From: a bacterium | GTDB lineage: Bacteria; UBA8248 | DNA length: 64,000 nucleotides | NCBI GenBank assembly: GCA_965200245.1 | Contig: CBDATS010000005.1 | Location: 192,001-256,000, forward strand | Reading direction: 5' to 3' | Shown here: one piece after another, positions 28,745 to 38,207 of the stretch | How the letters are laid out: every line of letters starts with the position of its first letter | How positions within the stretch are numbered: position 1 is the stretch's first letter | Notes under the pieces: generated by a model | What the model was told of the DNA's origin: nothing | Database searches by the model: none | The model's input: the letters and a program-made list of their open reading frames with translations, nothing else | Made by a program: the position numbers and the translations under genes

Positions 28745-30034
28745 ATGATTTTGTCGGTCAGGCCTTCGGCAGCCAAAGGGAAAAGCGGCGTTCCAAGTTC
28801 AAAATCCCACTCTATACGCGCCGTCGCTTTCGCATCTCTCGCTTCGGGAAAAAGCGTGATCCTGAATCCCCTGGATTCTGCGGATGCCCTCTCGGCAGTA
28901 AGCGTATACGGGAGCCTGGGCGCCGAGATACAAAAGGAAGAAACATTCTGGTCGGTAGAGGGCTTCGGTGCACGGCCCAGAGTCCCCGAAGGGACTCTTG
29001 ACGTAGGGAACTCGGGAACCACCTGCCGGATGGCTCTTGGCACCGCCGCCCTGCTCAAGGATGGCGAAGCACGCTTTGACGGCGATTCCCAGACCAGAAA
29101 ACGTCCCATGGGTCCGCTTCTGAACGCGCTCTCGAATCTGGGCGCAAAGACACAATCGGGTAAAGATGGTTATCTGCCCGTAACAGTAGGAGGACCATGG
29201 CGCGGCGGGCGGACGAAAGTCGACGGGACGACCAGCCAATTCACGTCTTCTTTACTTTTAAATGCACCCTTTGGAGAAGAAACGACTGCCATCGAGCCGA
29301 TAGATTTGAATGAACGGCCCTATGTCGAAATGACGCTGTGGTGGCTGGATCGTCTGGGTCTGGAATACGAGCGCGATGAATATCGCAGTTTCACCGTTAC
29401 GGGTGGTCAGGCTCTCTCGGGATTCAACGCAACCGTGCCTGCGGACTGGAGTTCTGCCGCCTTTCTCTTGGCGGCAGGAGCATTGCCGGGAGGCGACGTT
29501 ACACTGGAAGGCCTTGATCTCGACGATTCGCAAGGCGACAAGGAGATTCTGCGGTTCGTCCAGGAAATGGGAGCACGGACCACAATCAGCAGGAAATGCG
29601 TACAAATTCAGTCAGGGGCACTGCGCGGAGGGGAATTCGATCTGAACGCCACGCCCGACCTTTTGCCCGTGATGGCCGTGCTCGGCGCTTTCGCAGACGG
29701 GGAAACAAGACTTGTCAACACGCCCCAGGCCCGCATCAAGGAAACAGACAGAATCTCCGCGATGCGCGAAGTCATCAAGGGTCTCGGCGGCGAAGCGAGA
29801 GAATTGGCGGACGGCATCGTCATCCAGGGTGGTGGGCTGAAAGGCGGAGCCGTACACGGGTTCGGCGACCACCGCATCGTCATGTCTGCAGCTGTGGCAG
29901 GGATCGCCGCGCCGGAAGGAGTATCGGTCGACACAGCGGAGGCGATGGCGGTAACATTCCCTGATTTTTGTGAACGCATGTCATCGTTGGGTGCGGACAT
30001 CGAGGCGAGGGATTCAGCGAATGCCGATCTATGA
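28745..30034 (+). CDS. aroA: 3-phosphoshikimate 1-carboxyvinyltransferase
   Basis: SSKSH, GNSGTT, KRPMG, SQFTSSLL, RIKETDRI and DHRIVM motifs. Confidence 0.95.
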   Translation: MILSVRPSAAKGKSGVPSSKSHSIRAVAFASLASGKSVILNPLDSADALSAVSVYGSLGAEIQKEETFWSVEGFGARPRVPEGTLDVGNSGTTCRMALGTAALLKDGEARFDGDSQTRKRPMGPLLNALSNLGAKTQSGKDGYLPVTVGGPWRGGRTKVDGTTSQFTSSLLLNAPFGEETTAIEPIDLNERPYVEMTLWWLDRLGLEYERDEYRSFTVTGGQALSGFNATVPADWSSAAFLLAAGALPGGDVTLEGLDLDDSQGDKEILRFVQEMGARTTISRKCVQIQSGALRGGEFDLNATPDLLPVMAVLGAFADGETRLVNTPQARIKETDRISAMREVIKGLGGEARELADGIVIQGGGLKGGAVHGFGDHRIVMSAAVAGIAAPEGVSVDTAEAMAVTFPDFCERMSSLGADIEARDSANADL

Positions 30035-30353
30035 ATACGAATGCAAGGAGTGCGGTTTTATTTCCGGCCATCTCGTGATGAAGCCATCAGACCGCAGAAG
30101 TCTCACCTGCCGTGCCTGCGGGAACAAGAAGCTGAGAAAAGTAATGTCGCGTTTCTCCGCGCATCAAACCGAATCCCAGCGGCTTGAATCATTCGACCCA
30201 TCGAAACCCCAGGATAGTTCTTTCTACAAAGATGATCGGAACATCGGGCTTTGGGCCCAGAAGCGCGCGCAGCAGTTGGGCGTCGATCTGGGCGATTCCT
30301 TCGGTGAGGTGCTGGAAAAGGGCCGTTCGAAGAAAATTCTGGACAACTTGTGA
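30021..30353 (+). CDS. FmdB-family zinc-ribbon protein
   Basis: MPIYEYECKECG...CRACG..LRKVMS. Confidence 0.88.
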   Translation: MPIYEYECKECGFISGHLVMKPSDRRSLTCRACGNKKLRKVMSRFSAHQTESQRLESFDPSKPQDSSFYKDDRNIGLWAQKRAQQLGVDLGDSFGEVLEKGRSKKILDNL

Positions 30354-30378
30354 GGTAAGCTTGAACCCAAAAACGAAG

Positions 30379-31041
30379 ATGAGTGAATCGCTGCGCAGGG
30401 AAGCTGCGCCGCTTTGGGAAAAAATTCATGCTCATCCCTTCGTCCGCGGCATCGGAGACGGAACGCTGCCGCTTGAGCAGTTCCGCTTTTACATGTGCCA
30501 GGACTACATTTTCCTGCAGGAATACAGCCGCGTCATCGCCCTGGCTGTAGCGAAAGCCCCCGAACTGGCGGAAATGGGCCGTATTGCCGACCTGTTGAAC
30601 GCCACCCTGAACACCGAGATGGAACTCCACCGGGGTTTTGCGTCGAAATTCGGCATCTCGACTGATGAAATCGAGGCGACGAGGCCTGCTCCGGTTTGCA
30701 AGGGATACACCAGTTTTCTGCTTGAAGCGGCCTACTCGGGCACGTTCGGGGAAATTGCCGCCGCCATGCTCCCCTGCCAGTGGGATTACGCCACCATCGG
30801 TGAGTTGCTCGCAGCCAGGGGGATTCCCGAAAATGCGCCGCTCCACGCCGAGTGGATAGAGACCTACGCCTCGGAAGAGTTTGCGCAGCTGGCTCGCTGG
30901 CTTCGCGAAATGTTCGATGAGGCCGCATCGACGGCAGGTACTGCCGAACACAGGCGCATGCGCTCGCTCTTTCTTATGGGTACAAGATACGAATACCTCT
31001 TCTGGGATATGAGCTGGAAGATGGAGGAGTGGCCCCTGTAA
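30379..31041 (+). CDS. tenA: thiaminase II / aminopyrimidine aminohydrolase
   Basis: HPFV..G.LP..F..Y..QDYIFL, LPCQW (catalytic Cys), EWIETY and EYLFWDM. Confidence 0.92.
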   Translation: MSESLRREAAPLWEKIHAHPFVRGIGDGTLPLEQFRFYMCQDYIFLQEYSRVIALAVAKAPELAEMGRIADLLNATLNTEMELHRGFASKFGISTDEIEATRPAPVCKGYTSFLLEAAYSGTFGEIAAAMLPCQWDYATIGELLAARGIPENAPLHAEWIETYASEEFAQLARWLREMFDEAASTAGTAEHRRMRSLFLMGTRYEYLFWDMSWKMEEWPL

Positions 31042-31070
31042 CCCACAAGTCCCACCTGTCGAGATAATAT

Positions 31071-31613
31071 ATGTCCCCCAGAACGCGAAAAGAAATTCCG
31101 AATCCGAAAAGATGCACGTGGGCCGAAGGCGACCCACTGATGGAAAAATATCACGACGAGGAATGGGGACTTCCCGTCCGAACGACGCGAAAACATTTCG
31201 AGCAATTGACGCTTGAAATCTTTCAGGCGGGCCTCTCCTGGCGCACGATTCTGCACAAACGCGAGGCGTTCAGAGAGGAATTCGCGGGGTTTTCGCCCGA
31301 AAAAGTCGCTTGTTTCCCCGAAAAAGATATCACGCGTATCCTCGGAAACCCAGGAGTCGTGCGCAACCGCAAGAAAGTCGAGGCCACCATAGAGAACGCC
31401 AAAAGGTTCCTCGCCATCCAGAAAAAATATGGTTCGTTCAACCGTTATCTCTCCTCACTGCCGGACGATCTGCCTTCACTGCAAAGGATTTTCCGCCAGG
31501 AATTCGTCTTCATGGGGCCAAAGATTGCGGAAGCGTATTTGGAGAGCGTGGGCAAGATCCCCGAACCCCACGACCCGCGCTGTTGGCGGGCGAAGAAAAA
31601 TCCGCAAACATAA
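31071..31613 (+). CDS. tag: DNA-3-methyladenine glycosylase I
   Basis: RCTWA..YHDEEWG, LEIFQAGLSW, VRNRKK and HDPRC motifs. Confidence 0.92.
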   Translation: MSPRTRKEIPNPKRCTWAEGDPLMEKYHDEEWGLPVRTTRKHFEQLTLEIFQAGLSWRTILHKREAFREEFAGFSPEKVACFPEKDITRILGNPGVVRNRKKVEATIENAKRFLAIQKKYGSFNRYLSSLPDDLPSLQRIFRQEFVFMGPKIAEAYLESVGKIPEPHDPRCWRAKKNPQT

Positions 31614-31809
31614 TTCATTCCCATCATATGTTTAATTCAAGAAATATCAGTAATTTACCGAGAAAGGAGAATCTGGTCCAGCCGCGAATAACTTGAGAGT
31701 TCTGCTGGCATATTCGGGATACCGACGCGGCAGGAACAAGATTTCATAACACGCCTTCCCCTAAAGATCTAAAGAAATACTCTCCCACCAACGTGACTAC
31801 AGCCCGAAA

Positions 31810-32223
31810 CTATCCCTGCCCACTCAGTTCATCCAGCTTGCTTTCGAGCCTGTCGATGACCTCGGCGGCGTCGGCGGCAGCGTTGTAGTCCTGCGCCAGG
31901 TCGCCGTCGCCGCAGGGGCTTTTCACGACGAAGAACACGGACTTCTCGCCGATGGTGCGACCGCCGTGGCGTGTATTCCGGGGGATATGGACGATGTCGC
32001 CAGGCTCAACGATTCTTTCTTCATCGCCCACAATCACGTAGCGCCTGCCTTCCAGCACGAGGTAAAACTGCTCCTCGTTGGGATGGTAATGTGGCGTGGC
32101 CCCCTCGCCCCTGAGATACGTCACGACACCCACCTTCATCAATTCTCCCGACACCGCCTTGGCGACCGCAGGCGATATCCCGGAGCGAATCTCTTCCATC
32201 TCGGAAATCCTGTAGAATGGCAT
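31810..32223 (-). CDS. cupin domain protein (copy 1)
   Basis: PHYHPNEEQ and PGDIVHIPRNTRHG cupin motifs. Confidence 0.9.
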   Translation of the reverse strand: MPFYRISEMEEIRSGISPAVAKAVSGELMKVGVVTYLRGEGATPHYHPNEEQFYLVLEGRRYVIVGDEERIVEPGDIVHIPRNTRHGGRTIGEKSVFFVVKSPCGDGDLAQDYNAAADAAEVIDRLESKLDELSGQG

Positions 32224-32311
32224 TCCCTTACCTCCCTTTTTGATTTTGCGTATATTCCCCTCAAAAGACCGCCATTTTGTTCAAAAAACCACGACCGTCG
32301 CTGACCACCCA

Positions 32312-32716
32312 TCAAATAAATTCGTGCAGTTTTTCTTCCAGGCGGCGGACAATTTCCTCTGCGTCCTCCGCATCGTGGTGATCCTGATCGAGGCTCCCGT
32401 CGCCCGAAGGACTCTTGGCAGTGAACATGCACACATCGTCGATGATGACGCCGCCGTGCTTTGCTCCTCGCGGGATATGCACGATATCTCCCGCGACGAC
32501 CAGGCCCTCCTCATCGCCCACGATCATCCATTGCCTGCCCTCGAGGATGAAAAGGAACTGCTCCTCGTTCGGGTGGTAGTGGGGTCTCGACATCTTGCCC
32601 TTGGGATAGGTGACGAAACCCACCTTTACCAACTCCCCCGCCAGACCCTTGAAGCGGCCCATAGGCTGGGCAGCCACGTGGGATTCGGCCATCTCGGACA
32701 CTCTGTAAAAAGGCAT
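32312..32716 (-). CDS. cupin domain protein (copy 2)
   Basis: Same MPFYR start, PHYHPNEEQ and GDIVHIPRGAKHG as copy 1. Confidence 0.9.
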   Translation of the reverse strand: MPFYRVSEMAESHVAAQPMGRFKGLAGELVKVGFVTYPKGKMSRPHYHPNEEQFLFILEGRQWMIVGDEEGLVVAGDIVHIPRGAKHGGVIIDDVCMFTAKSPSGDGSLDQDHHDAEDAEEIVRRLEEKLHEFI

Positions 32717-32974
32717 TTCGAATCTCTCCTTCCGAATTTTCCTCGCGACACTTCGCAGATTCCGCACACCTGCCACCTTCTACACAAAAACGGCAGGTCT
32801 ATCGGGATTCTTGATTATCGTCGACTCCTGTTTCCTGCCATTCTATAGAATCTACCCGCTTTTCACACGACAAAGCCGTGACATGTTTAAAACCATCCCG
32901 AATGGATTCGGGTTGTGATAATATTTTTCCGAAAGCTGCCGTGTCACCCAAGCATAAACGGAGAAAGCTCTCCC

Positions 32975-33544
32975 ATGTCCCGCCACACGAATACTGCATC
33001 CAGAATTCTTGTCGCAGCCTCGCTCGCCGCCATTCTCTTTGGCTGCGCAGTGCAGACGTTTCCCACCCACGGGGTGTTGCGCCAGGGGCTGGCCGAAATG
33101 GTGGGTACTACCGTCGAGGCGCTTGTCGAGAAGATAGGGTATCCGGAAAGCGACGTCAGCGTCAGCGGCCGAAAGGTCTACACTTGGGACCACAGGAGAA
33201 CCTTCACCTACCTCACACCCGAGACCGTCTGCCGTAATGAGATCGTGTTCCACCGACGGGGCCGCCGCGAAGTGACAAGGGTGTGCGACACGCATCAGGT
33301 GGAAAGAACGTTGCTGCACCACTGTACGCTCAAGGTGGAAGCCGATGGTGCGGAAATAATTACCGCGTTCAGTTTCGACGGCAACGCGGACGGTTGCGAA
33401 CACTTCGCCTCGGCTTTCAGAAACATCCCTTACGAGACATGCATCGAAAAACTATCGGGGCTCAAGTTCGCGGTGAACATCGGAACGGAGCCGCAGGAGA
33501 AGCTCTCTGCCGCCATTACCCGGTGCGAGAAGCTATACCGCTAG
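32975..33544 (+). CDS. hypothetical Cys-rich lipoprotein
   Basis: GGAG RBS, signal peptide with LFGC lipobox, six further Cys. Confidence 0.65.
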   Translation: MSRHTNTASRILVAASLAAILFGCAVQTFPTHGVLRQGLAEMVGTTVEALVEKIGYPESDVSVSGRKVYTWDHRRTFTYLTPETVCRNEIVFHRRGRREVTRVCDTHQVERTLLHHCTLKVEADGAEIITAFSFDGNADGCEHFASAFRNIPYETCIEKLSGLKFAVNIGTEPQEKLSAAITRCEKLYR

Positions 33545-33857
33545 CATGCCTAATCGATTACAGCGAGGATGGCTGCGCGCAGGTAACAGGACTTCCCGGA
33601 ACCTGTCCCCGATATGGGCTTGTGTTCGCGCACGCCCAACCATCGATGTTCATATTCCGGAAAAGCAACGAATTTAGTGTTGCGAGAAAAAGAACAAGTC
33701 AACAATACCTGAATCCAGGCTTTCACCCAAAAACCGGACGTAGACGCCAAAGTCCATACGCGAGACGTTATGGAGCAGATTGGCGACCCGTTACACTACC
33801 TCGTCCTGAGCGATGAGGTGCACATTATCCCGGTGCAGCTCTCGCGCAGAGGCAAAG

Positions 33858-34487
33858 CTACCTCCTCATTTCCTGCGTTTCGCTCTCTCCATCCTGTTCT
33901 CTCGCCTTGCCCGATTCACCCTCAAGCTTTTGCTTCATCCCGCGGACGCCTTCCTTGGCCGAGTCGAGTTTTTCGTCGAGTTTCTCCTTGACGTCGCCCA
34001 GGCCCTCCTGGATATCCACCTTGTCGATTCCCTGGATGTAGGCGCTCACCTGGCGAATGTAGGGCAGGAGCCTATGTCCGTCTCCGCCGGACGAAAAGCC
34101 GGGCGAATGGGTCTCGATAATCATCAGCCCCAGGGCAAGGAAGAAAACACCCTTGGCGCTGCCGATGAGGCCGCCGCCGAGCCTCGATATCCACCCTAGA
34201 ACCGCGATAGACAAAACCCTGAACATCACGCGGAAGAACAAGACGGCAAGCAGCCACGAACCGAAAAAAAGCACCGGCTTGACGAGCGAGTCGAGCAGGC
34301 TGTCCTCGGCGAAGAAGTAGGCCGCGTAGGAACGCAGAAGATCGCTGAACTGCATGGTGAGGAGCGCCGCGATTCCAAGAGCGACCACGGAGAATATCTC
34401 ACGGAAGGATCCGCGCACGCAGCCGCGAATGAGGAACCCACCGACGAAAACGGCAATGACTATGTCAGGAAACGTGAAAGAAACCAT
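33858..34487 (-). CDS. cvpA: CvpA (colicin V production) family membrane protein
   Basis: DIVI....IRG.VRG.FREIFS and SRLGGGLIGSAKG motifs. Confidence 0.85.
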   Translation of the reverse strand: MVSFTFPDIVIAVFVGGFLIRGCVRGSFREIFSVVALGIAALLTMQFSDLLRSYAAYFFAEDSLLDSLVKPVLFFGSWLLAVLFFRVMFRVLSIAVLGWISRLGGGLIGSAKGVFFLALGLMIIETHSPGFSSGGDGHRLLPYIRQVSAYIQGIDKVDIQEGLGDVKEKLDEKLDSAKEGVRGMKQKLEGESGKAREQDGESETQEMRR

Positions 34488-34591
34488 CGATATCCTGAGT
34501 GTTTATGGACGAATATATCCGACAATCAAGACACATAGTTCAAAATGTATCAAACTGGAGCGGTTTTGTCATTCGCATAAGATGTGGTGCG

Positions 34592-35065
34592 TCAAATTCT
34601 CTCTTTCCACATGATCAGGGCGTCTTCCTGGTTGTCCGGATAATAGCGCGGGCGCATGGCTATAGCCTTGAACCCCCATCTTTCGTATAGCGCGACGGCG
34701 GCTGCGTTGCCAAGGCGCACCTCCAGCGTCGCACGAACGAGTCCCCTGGCCCTGGCGCCTTCCAGAATCCTTTCGAGCAAGAAGCCGCCTAAGCCCTTGC
34801 GTCTGTGGGCGGGCGCGACAGCGAAATTCGTGATGTGGCACTCATCCACCACCTCCCACCAGCAGGCGTAGCCCAGAATGCAGGCCTGCAATGCTCCTGC
34901 CTCGTCCGGGGGAGCTTCATCTTCCGTCACGACAAGAAGGTGGGAATTTTCGATCTCGCAAATCTCGCGGATGAAACTCGCCCCCGACCACGGAAGCGGG
35001 AAGGAACACCGCTCGATGGCGAGTACCTGCTCCACATCTTCGACTCTCATGGGCCTCGTCTTCAC
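34592..35065 (-). CDS. rimI: ribosomal-protein-alanine N-acetyltransferase
   Basis: IERCSFPLPWS, HITNFAV..HRRKGLG, LEVRLGN and YYPDNQEDALIM. Start at GTG 35065 or ATG 35050. Confidence 0.92.
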   Translation of the reverse strand: MKTRPMRVEDVEQVLAIERCSFPLPWSGASFIREICEIENSHLLVVTEDEAPPDEAGALQACILGYACWWEVVDECHITNFAVAPAHRRKGLGGFLLERILEGARARGLVRATLEVRLGNAAAVALYERWGFKAIAMRPRYYPDNQEDALIMWKERI

Positions 35066-35148
35066 GGTTCCCCTCACCCGGTGACCGGCCTGAAACTGCG
35101 AACGCAGCGAATAGCCCTGAAACTCTTTCGCCCCGGAGTTTTCGGGAC

Positions 35149-35154
35149 TATAAT
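35149..35154 (+). promoter_or_regulatory. candidate -10 element for 35268
   Basis: Perfect TATAAT in the divergent intergenic region. Confidence 0.35.
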
Positions 35155-35267
35155 GCGCCAACAAAACAGACATTCCATTTTGATGACATTGGACCATAGA
35201 CCTGCGCCGTAAAAGAAGCCCACTTGCGGCGGATGCGTAAACTCGAAAACCGATACGGAGGATTATC

Positions 35268-35978
35268 ATGGGCGCAACATTGACATATCTGGGACATTCC
35301 TCGTTCGTCGGGCAATCAGACGGCGGCAAGACCTTCTACATCGACCCCTGGCTCGAGGGGAACCCGCGCTGCCCCGAAGTTCAGCAAAGTGCGCAGAGAG
35401 CGGACCTGATCGCCCTCACCCACGGCCATTTCGACCATATCGCGGGCGTCATGGCCGTCTACGGCCAAGGCGGATGCCCGGTTGCGGGTCCTTATGAGCT
35501 GGTAAACCTGATCGCCCAGAACGAGGGCTTCGCAGAAGAGCATGCGGGTGCGATGGGAAAGGGTGGCACGGTGGATTTTGACGGCATCGGCGTCACCCTC
35601 ACCCACGCCATGCACAGTTCAAGCTACAACGAGCCGGGCATCTACGCTGGCGAACCGGCTGGCCTCGTCATGACCTTCGAGGACGGCAAGCGTGTCTACC
35701 ATGCGGGTGATACCGCCGTTTTCGGTGACATGAAAATCATCGGTGAGTTGTATCAGCCCGACCTTTGCCTTCTGCCCATCGGTAGCCGCTTCACGATGGA
35801 CCCGCGCGAGGCGGCCCTGGCCGTCGAGCTCCTGGGGGCGAGCCGGGTCGTGCCGATCCACCACTCGACTTTCCCGCTTCTTACGGGCACGCCCGAACAG
35901 TTCGCCGAAGAAGTCGCGGCGCGTGGGCTTTCACCGGAAATTACCGTTCTGGAGCCAGGCGAGTCCGTGAGCGTCTAG
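35268..35978 (+). CDS. metal-dependent hydrolase, MBL fold (UPF0173-like)
   Basis: YLGHS, IDPW, THGHFDH, YHAGDT and LPIG..FTMDP motifs. Confidence 0.9.
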   Translation: MGATLTYLGHSSFVGQSDGGKTFYIDPWLEGNPRCPEVQQSAQRADLIALTHGHFDHIAGVMAVYGQGGCPVAGPYELVNLIAQNEGFAEEHAGAMGKGGTVDFDGIGVTLTHAMHSSSYNEPGIYAGEPAGLVMTFEDGKRVYHAGDTAVFGDMKIIGELYQPDLCLLPIGSRFTMDPREAALAVELLGASRVVPIHHSTFPLLTGTPEQFAEEVAARGLSPEITVLEPGESVSV

Positions 35979-36032
35979 GCACGCCGCCGTCCAGGCACAA
36001 TGATTTTTTGCGCTTATTGAAAGGAACCACGC

Positions 36033-37802
36033 ATGAGTGAAGCCCCCCAAGTCAACACGCGCACCGAGGATCGCGACGGAATGCGAATCACTTGGCACCA
36101 GCCCATCGAAATGGACGACGGCCTCGTGCTTCGTGCCGATGTGTTCCGGCCCATCCAGGAGGGAAAATACCCCGTCATCCTGACCTACGGCATCTACGCC
36201 AAGGGGGTGGCTTACCAGGAGGGCTATCAACACCAATGGAATAAGATGGTGGCGGATTATCCCGAAACTCTCGAGATGTCCACCAATAAGTACCAGAACT
36301 GGGAGGTGACGGATCCTGAGTGCTGGATTCCCCATGGCTATGTCTGTATCCGCGTGGACTCGCGCGGAGCGGGCTGGTCTCCGGGTTTCATGGAGCCCAA
36401 CTCGCCTCGGGAGATTCAAGACCTTTACCAGTGCATCGAATGGGCCGGCGTGCAGGAGTGGAGCAACGGCAAGGTGGGAATGCTGGGCATCTCCTACTAC
36501 GCGCGCAACCAGTGGCGTATCGCGGGACTGAAGCCCCCCCACCTCACCGCCATCATCCCCTGGGAGGGCGGGAACGACACCTACCGCGATTCGGGCTACC
36601 ACGGGGGCATCCTGAGCCAGTTCCAGGAGCAATGGTCGAAAGTGCAGGTGATGAACGTTCAGTACGGGCGTGGCGAACACGCGAGAAAACACCCCGTGAC
36701 GGGAGAATCTGTCGCAGGCCCCATCACGCTCACAGAAGAAGAACTCGCGCAGAACCGTGTCAACGCCTTCGAGGAACTCAAAAAACATCCCTTCGACGAT
36801 CAGTGGCACCGCGACCGCTCGGCCGATCTCTCCAAAGTCACGCTCCCGCTTCTCACCTGCGCCAACTGGGGCGGCCAGGGGATTCACCCGCGCGGGAACT
36901 TCAACGGCTACATCGAATCGCCCTCGGAAGAAAAGTGGCTCGAAGCACACGGGGATTCGCACTGGTCGCTGTTTTCCAGCAAATACGGACTGGACCTCCA
37001 GAAGCGCTTTTTCGATCATTACCTGAAAGGTATCGATAACGGTTGGGAAAAGACCCCGCGTGTCATGCTGAACATCCGCCACCCGGGACCGAAATTCGTC
37101 CACCGCTTCGAGAACGAATGGCCCCTGGCCCGCACGCAATGGACGAAGTTCTATCTCGATTTGGAGAACAAGGCGCTCGTGAGAGAACCCATAGCTCAGG
37201 AGACGAGCATCGAGTATGACGGCATGGGAGATGGCCTCACGTTCTGGATGCCTCCGATGGAAGAGAAAACCGAGATCACCGGCCCGATGGCGGCCAGGCT
37301 CTTCGTTTCCTCGTCTACCGAGGATGCGGATATCTTCCTTATCGTCCGCGTGTTCGACCCCGAGGGCAAGGAACTCACCTTCATGGGTTCCACCGATCCG
37401 CACACGCCGATTGCGAACGGCTGGCTGCGCGTCTCACACCGCGCCCTCGACCCGGGAAAAAGCACCTTCTACCGACCCTATCATCCACACGACAAGGCTG
37501 AACTTCTGACACCCGGCGAGGTTTACGAGAGCAATATCGAGATTGTCACTTCGTGCATCGTCGTGCCCGTCGGCTGGCGGGTAGCGCTCACCGTGCGCGG
37601 GAAGGACTATGAATACACGGGCGAGCCCAACGAGTTCGCAAAACAGTTCCACTATTCCACGAGAGGCACGGGTGGCATGACGCACAACGACACGGACGAC
37701 AGACCCCCTGCCGTATTCGACAACAAGGTGACTCTACACGCTGGCGGCGGTCGCGATCCCTACCTGCTCCTGCCTGTCATCCCACCCAAAGAAGGAGATT
37801 AG
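36033..37802 (+). CDS. CocE/NonD family serine hydrolase
   Basis: DDGLVLRADVFRP, VDSRGAG.SPG and WSNGKVGMLGISY motifs plus a C-terminal PepX-like domain. Confidence 0.92.
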   Translation: MSEAPQVNTRTEDRDGMRITWHQPIEMDDGLVLRADVFRPIQEGKYPVILTYGIYAKGVAYQEGYQHQWNKMVADYPETLEMSTNKYQNWEVTDPECWIPHGYVCIRVDSRGAGWSPGFMEPNSPREIQDLYQCIEWAGVQEWSNGKVGMLGISYYARNQWRIAGLKPPHLTAIIPWEGGNDTYRDSGYHGGILSQFQEQWSKVQVMNVQYGRGEHARKHPVTGESVAGPITLTEEELAQNRVNAFEELKKHPFDDQWHRDRSADLSKVTLPLLTCANWGGQGIHPRGNFNGYIESPSEEKWLEAHGDSHWSLFSSKYGLDLQKRFFDHYLKGIDNGWEKTPRVMLNIRHPGPKFVHRFENEWPLARTQWTKFYLDLENKALVREPIAQETSIEYDGMGDGLTFWMPPMEEKTEITGPMAARLFVSSSTEDADIFLIVRVFDPEGKELTFMGSTDPHTPIANGWLRVSHRALDPGKSTFYRPYHPHDKAELLTPGEVYESNIEIVTSCIVVPVGWRVALTVRGKDYEYTGEPNEFAKQFHYSTRGTGGMTHNDTDDRPPAVFDNKVTLHAGGGRDPYLLLPVIPPKEGD

Positions 37803-37859
37803 GCACGAACAGGGGTGGATGCAAAACGAAAAAACGGAGGAGCCTGTATAATAGAAACG

Positions 37860-38128
37860 CTGATGGATTTCATGGTCGTCAGGCTGACGACTCTCGTGGG
37901 GCTCAGGTTCGTCTGTGGCCAAATCACCGATCTTCACGAGCACCCGGAAAGAATTGACAGGGTACTCTCGGTAATCCAGAAATACATGGCAAGGAGCGAA
38001 GAACCGAGCGGTTCTTTGGGTGCACGATCACCGTTTCTTTCCGCAGGACCAAAATCGACTGAGGCACTGCGACCTCAAGCGATGCAGGACTTCCCGGGCG
38101 GAAGACCGAAACCAAATCGGGGCATCAG
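37860..38128 (+). ncRNA. candidate structured non-coding RNA, unassigned family
   Basis: TATAAT at 37847, 5'/3' closing stem CTGATG/CATCAG, four nested internal helices and a downstream terminator-like hairpin. A small ORF (ATG 37863) is an alternative reading. Confidence 0.35.
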
Positions 38129-38129
38129 A

Positions 38130-38156
38130 GACAACCGTCCTGGGGTTGTCCTTTGT
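38130..38156 (+). terminator. hairpin, possible intrinsic terminator
   Basis: GACAACC-gtcctgg-GGTTGTC followed by CTTTGT. Confidence 0.45.
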
Positions 38157-38207
38157 CAGGATGCAGCATGGAGGGCAGGTACGGGTGTTATCGGTTTCCG
38201 GGCGACA

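Noticed and set aside
30354-30378. TPP riboswitch upstream of tenA
   Set aside because: There are only about 25 nt between genes and no CTGAGA-type aptamer core.
33548-33800. Integron attC site (GCCCAAC ... GTT)
   Set aside because: No properly spaced complementary R and L boxes, no cassette array and no integron integrase.
35931-37403. 490-aa minus-strand ORF and similar antisense ORFs (5266-6366, 9456-10469, 12206-13231)
   Set aside because: They fully overlap well-supported genes on the opposite strand and have no recognisable domains.
33587-38097. Shared 13-mer CAGGACTTCCCGG in two structured intergenic regions (33587-33599, 38085-38097)
   Set aside because: A 13-mer match is expected by chance in 64 kb, and the flanks do not align.
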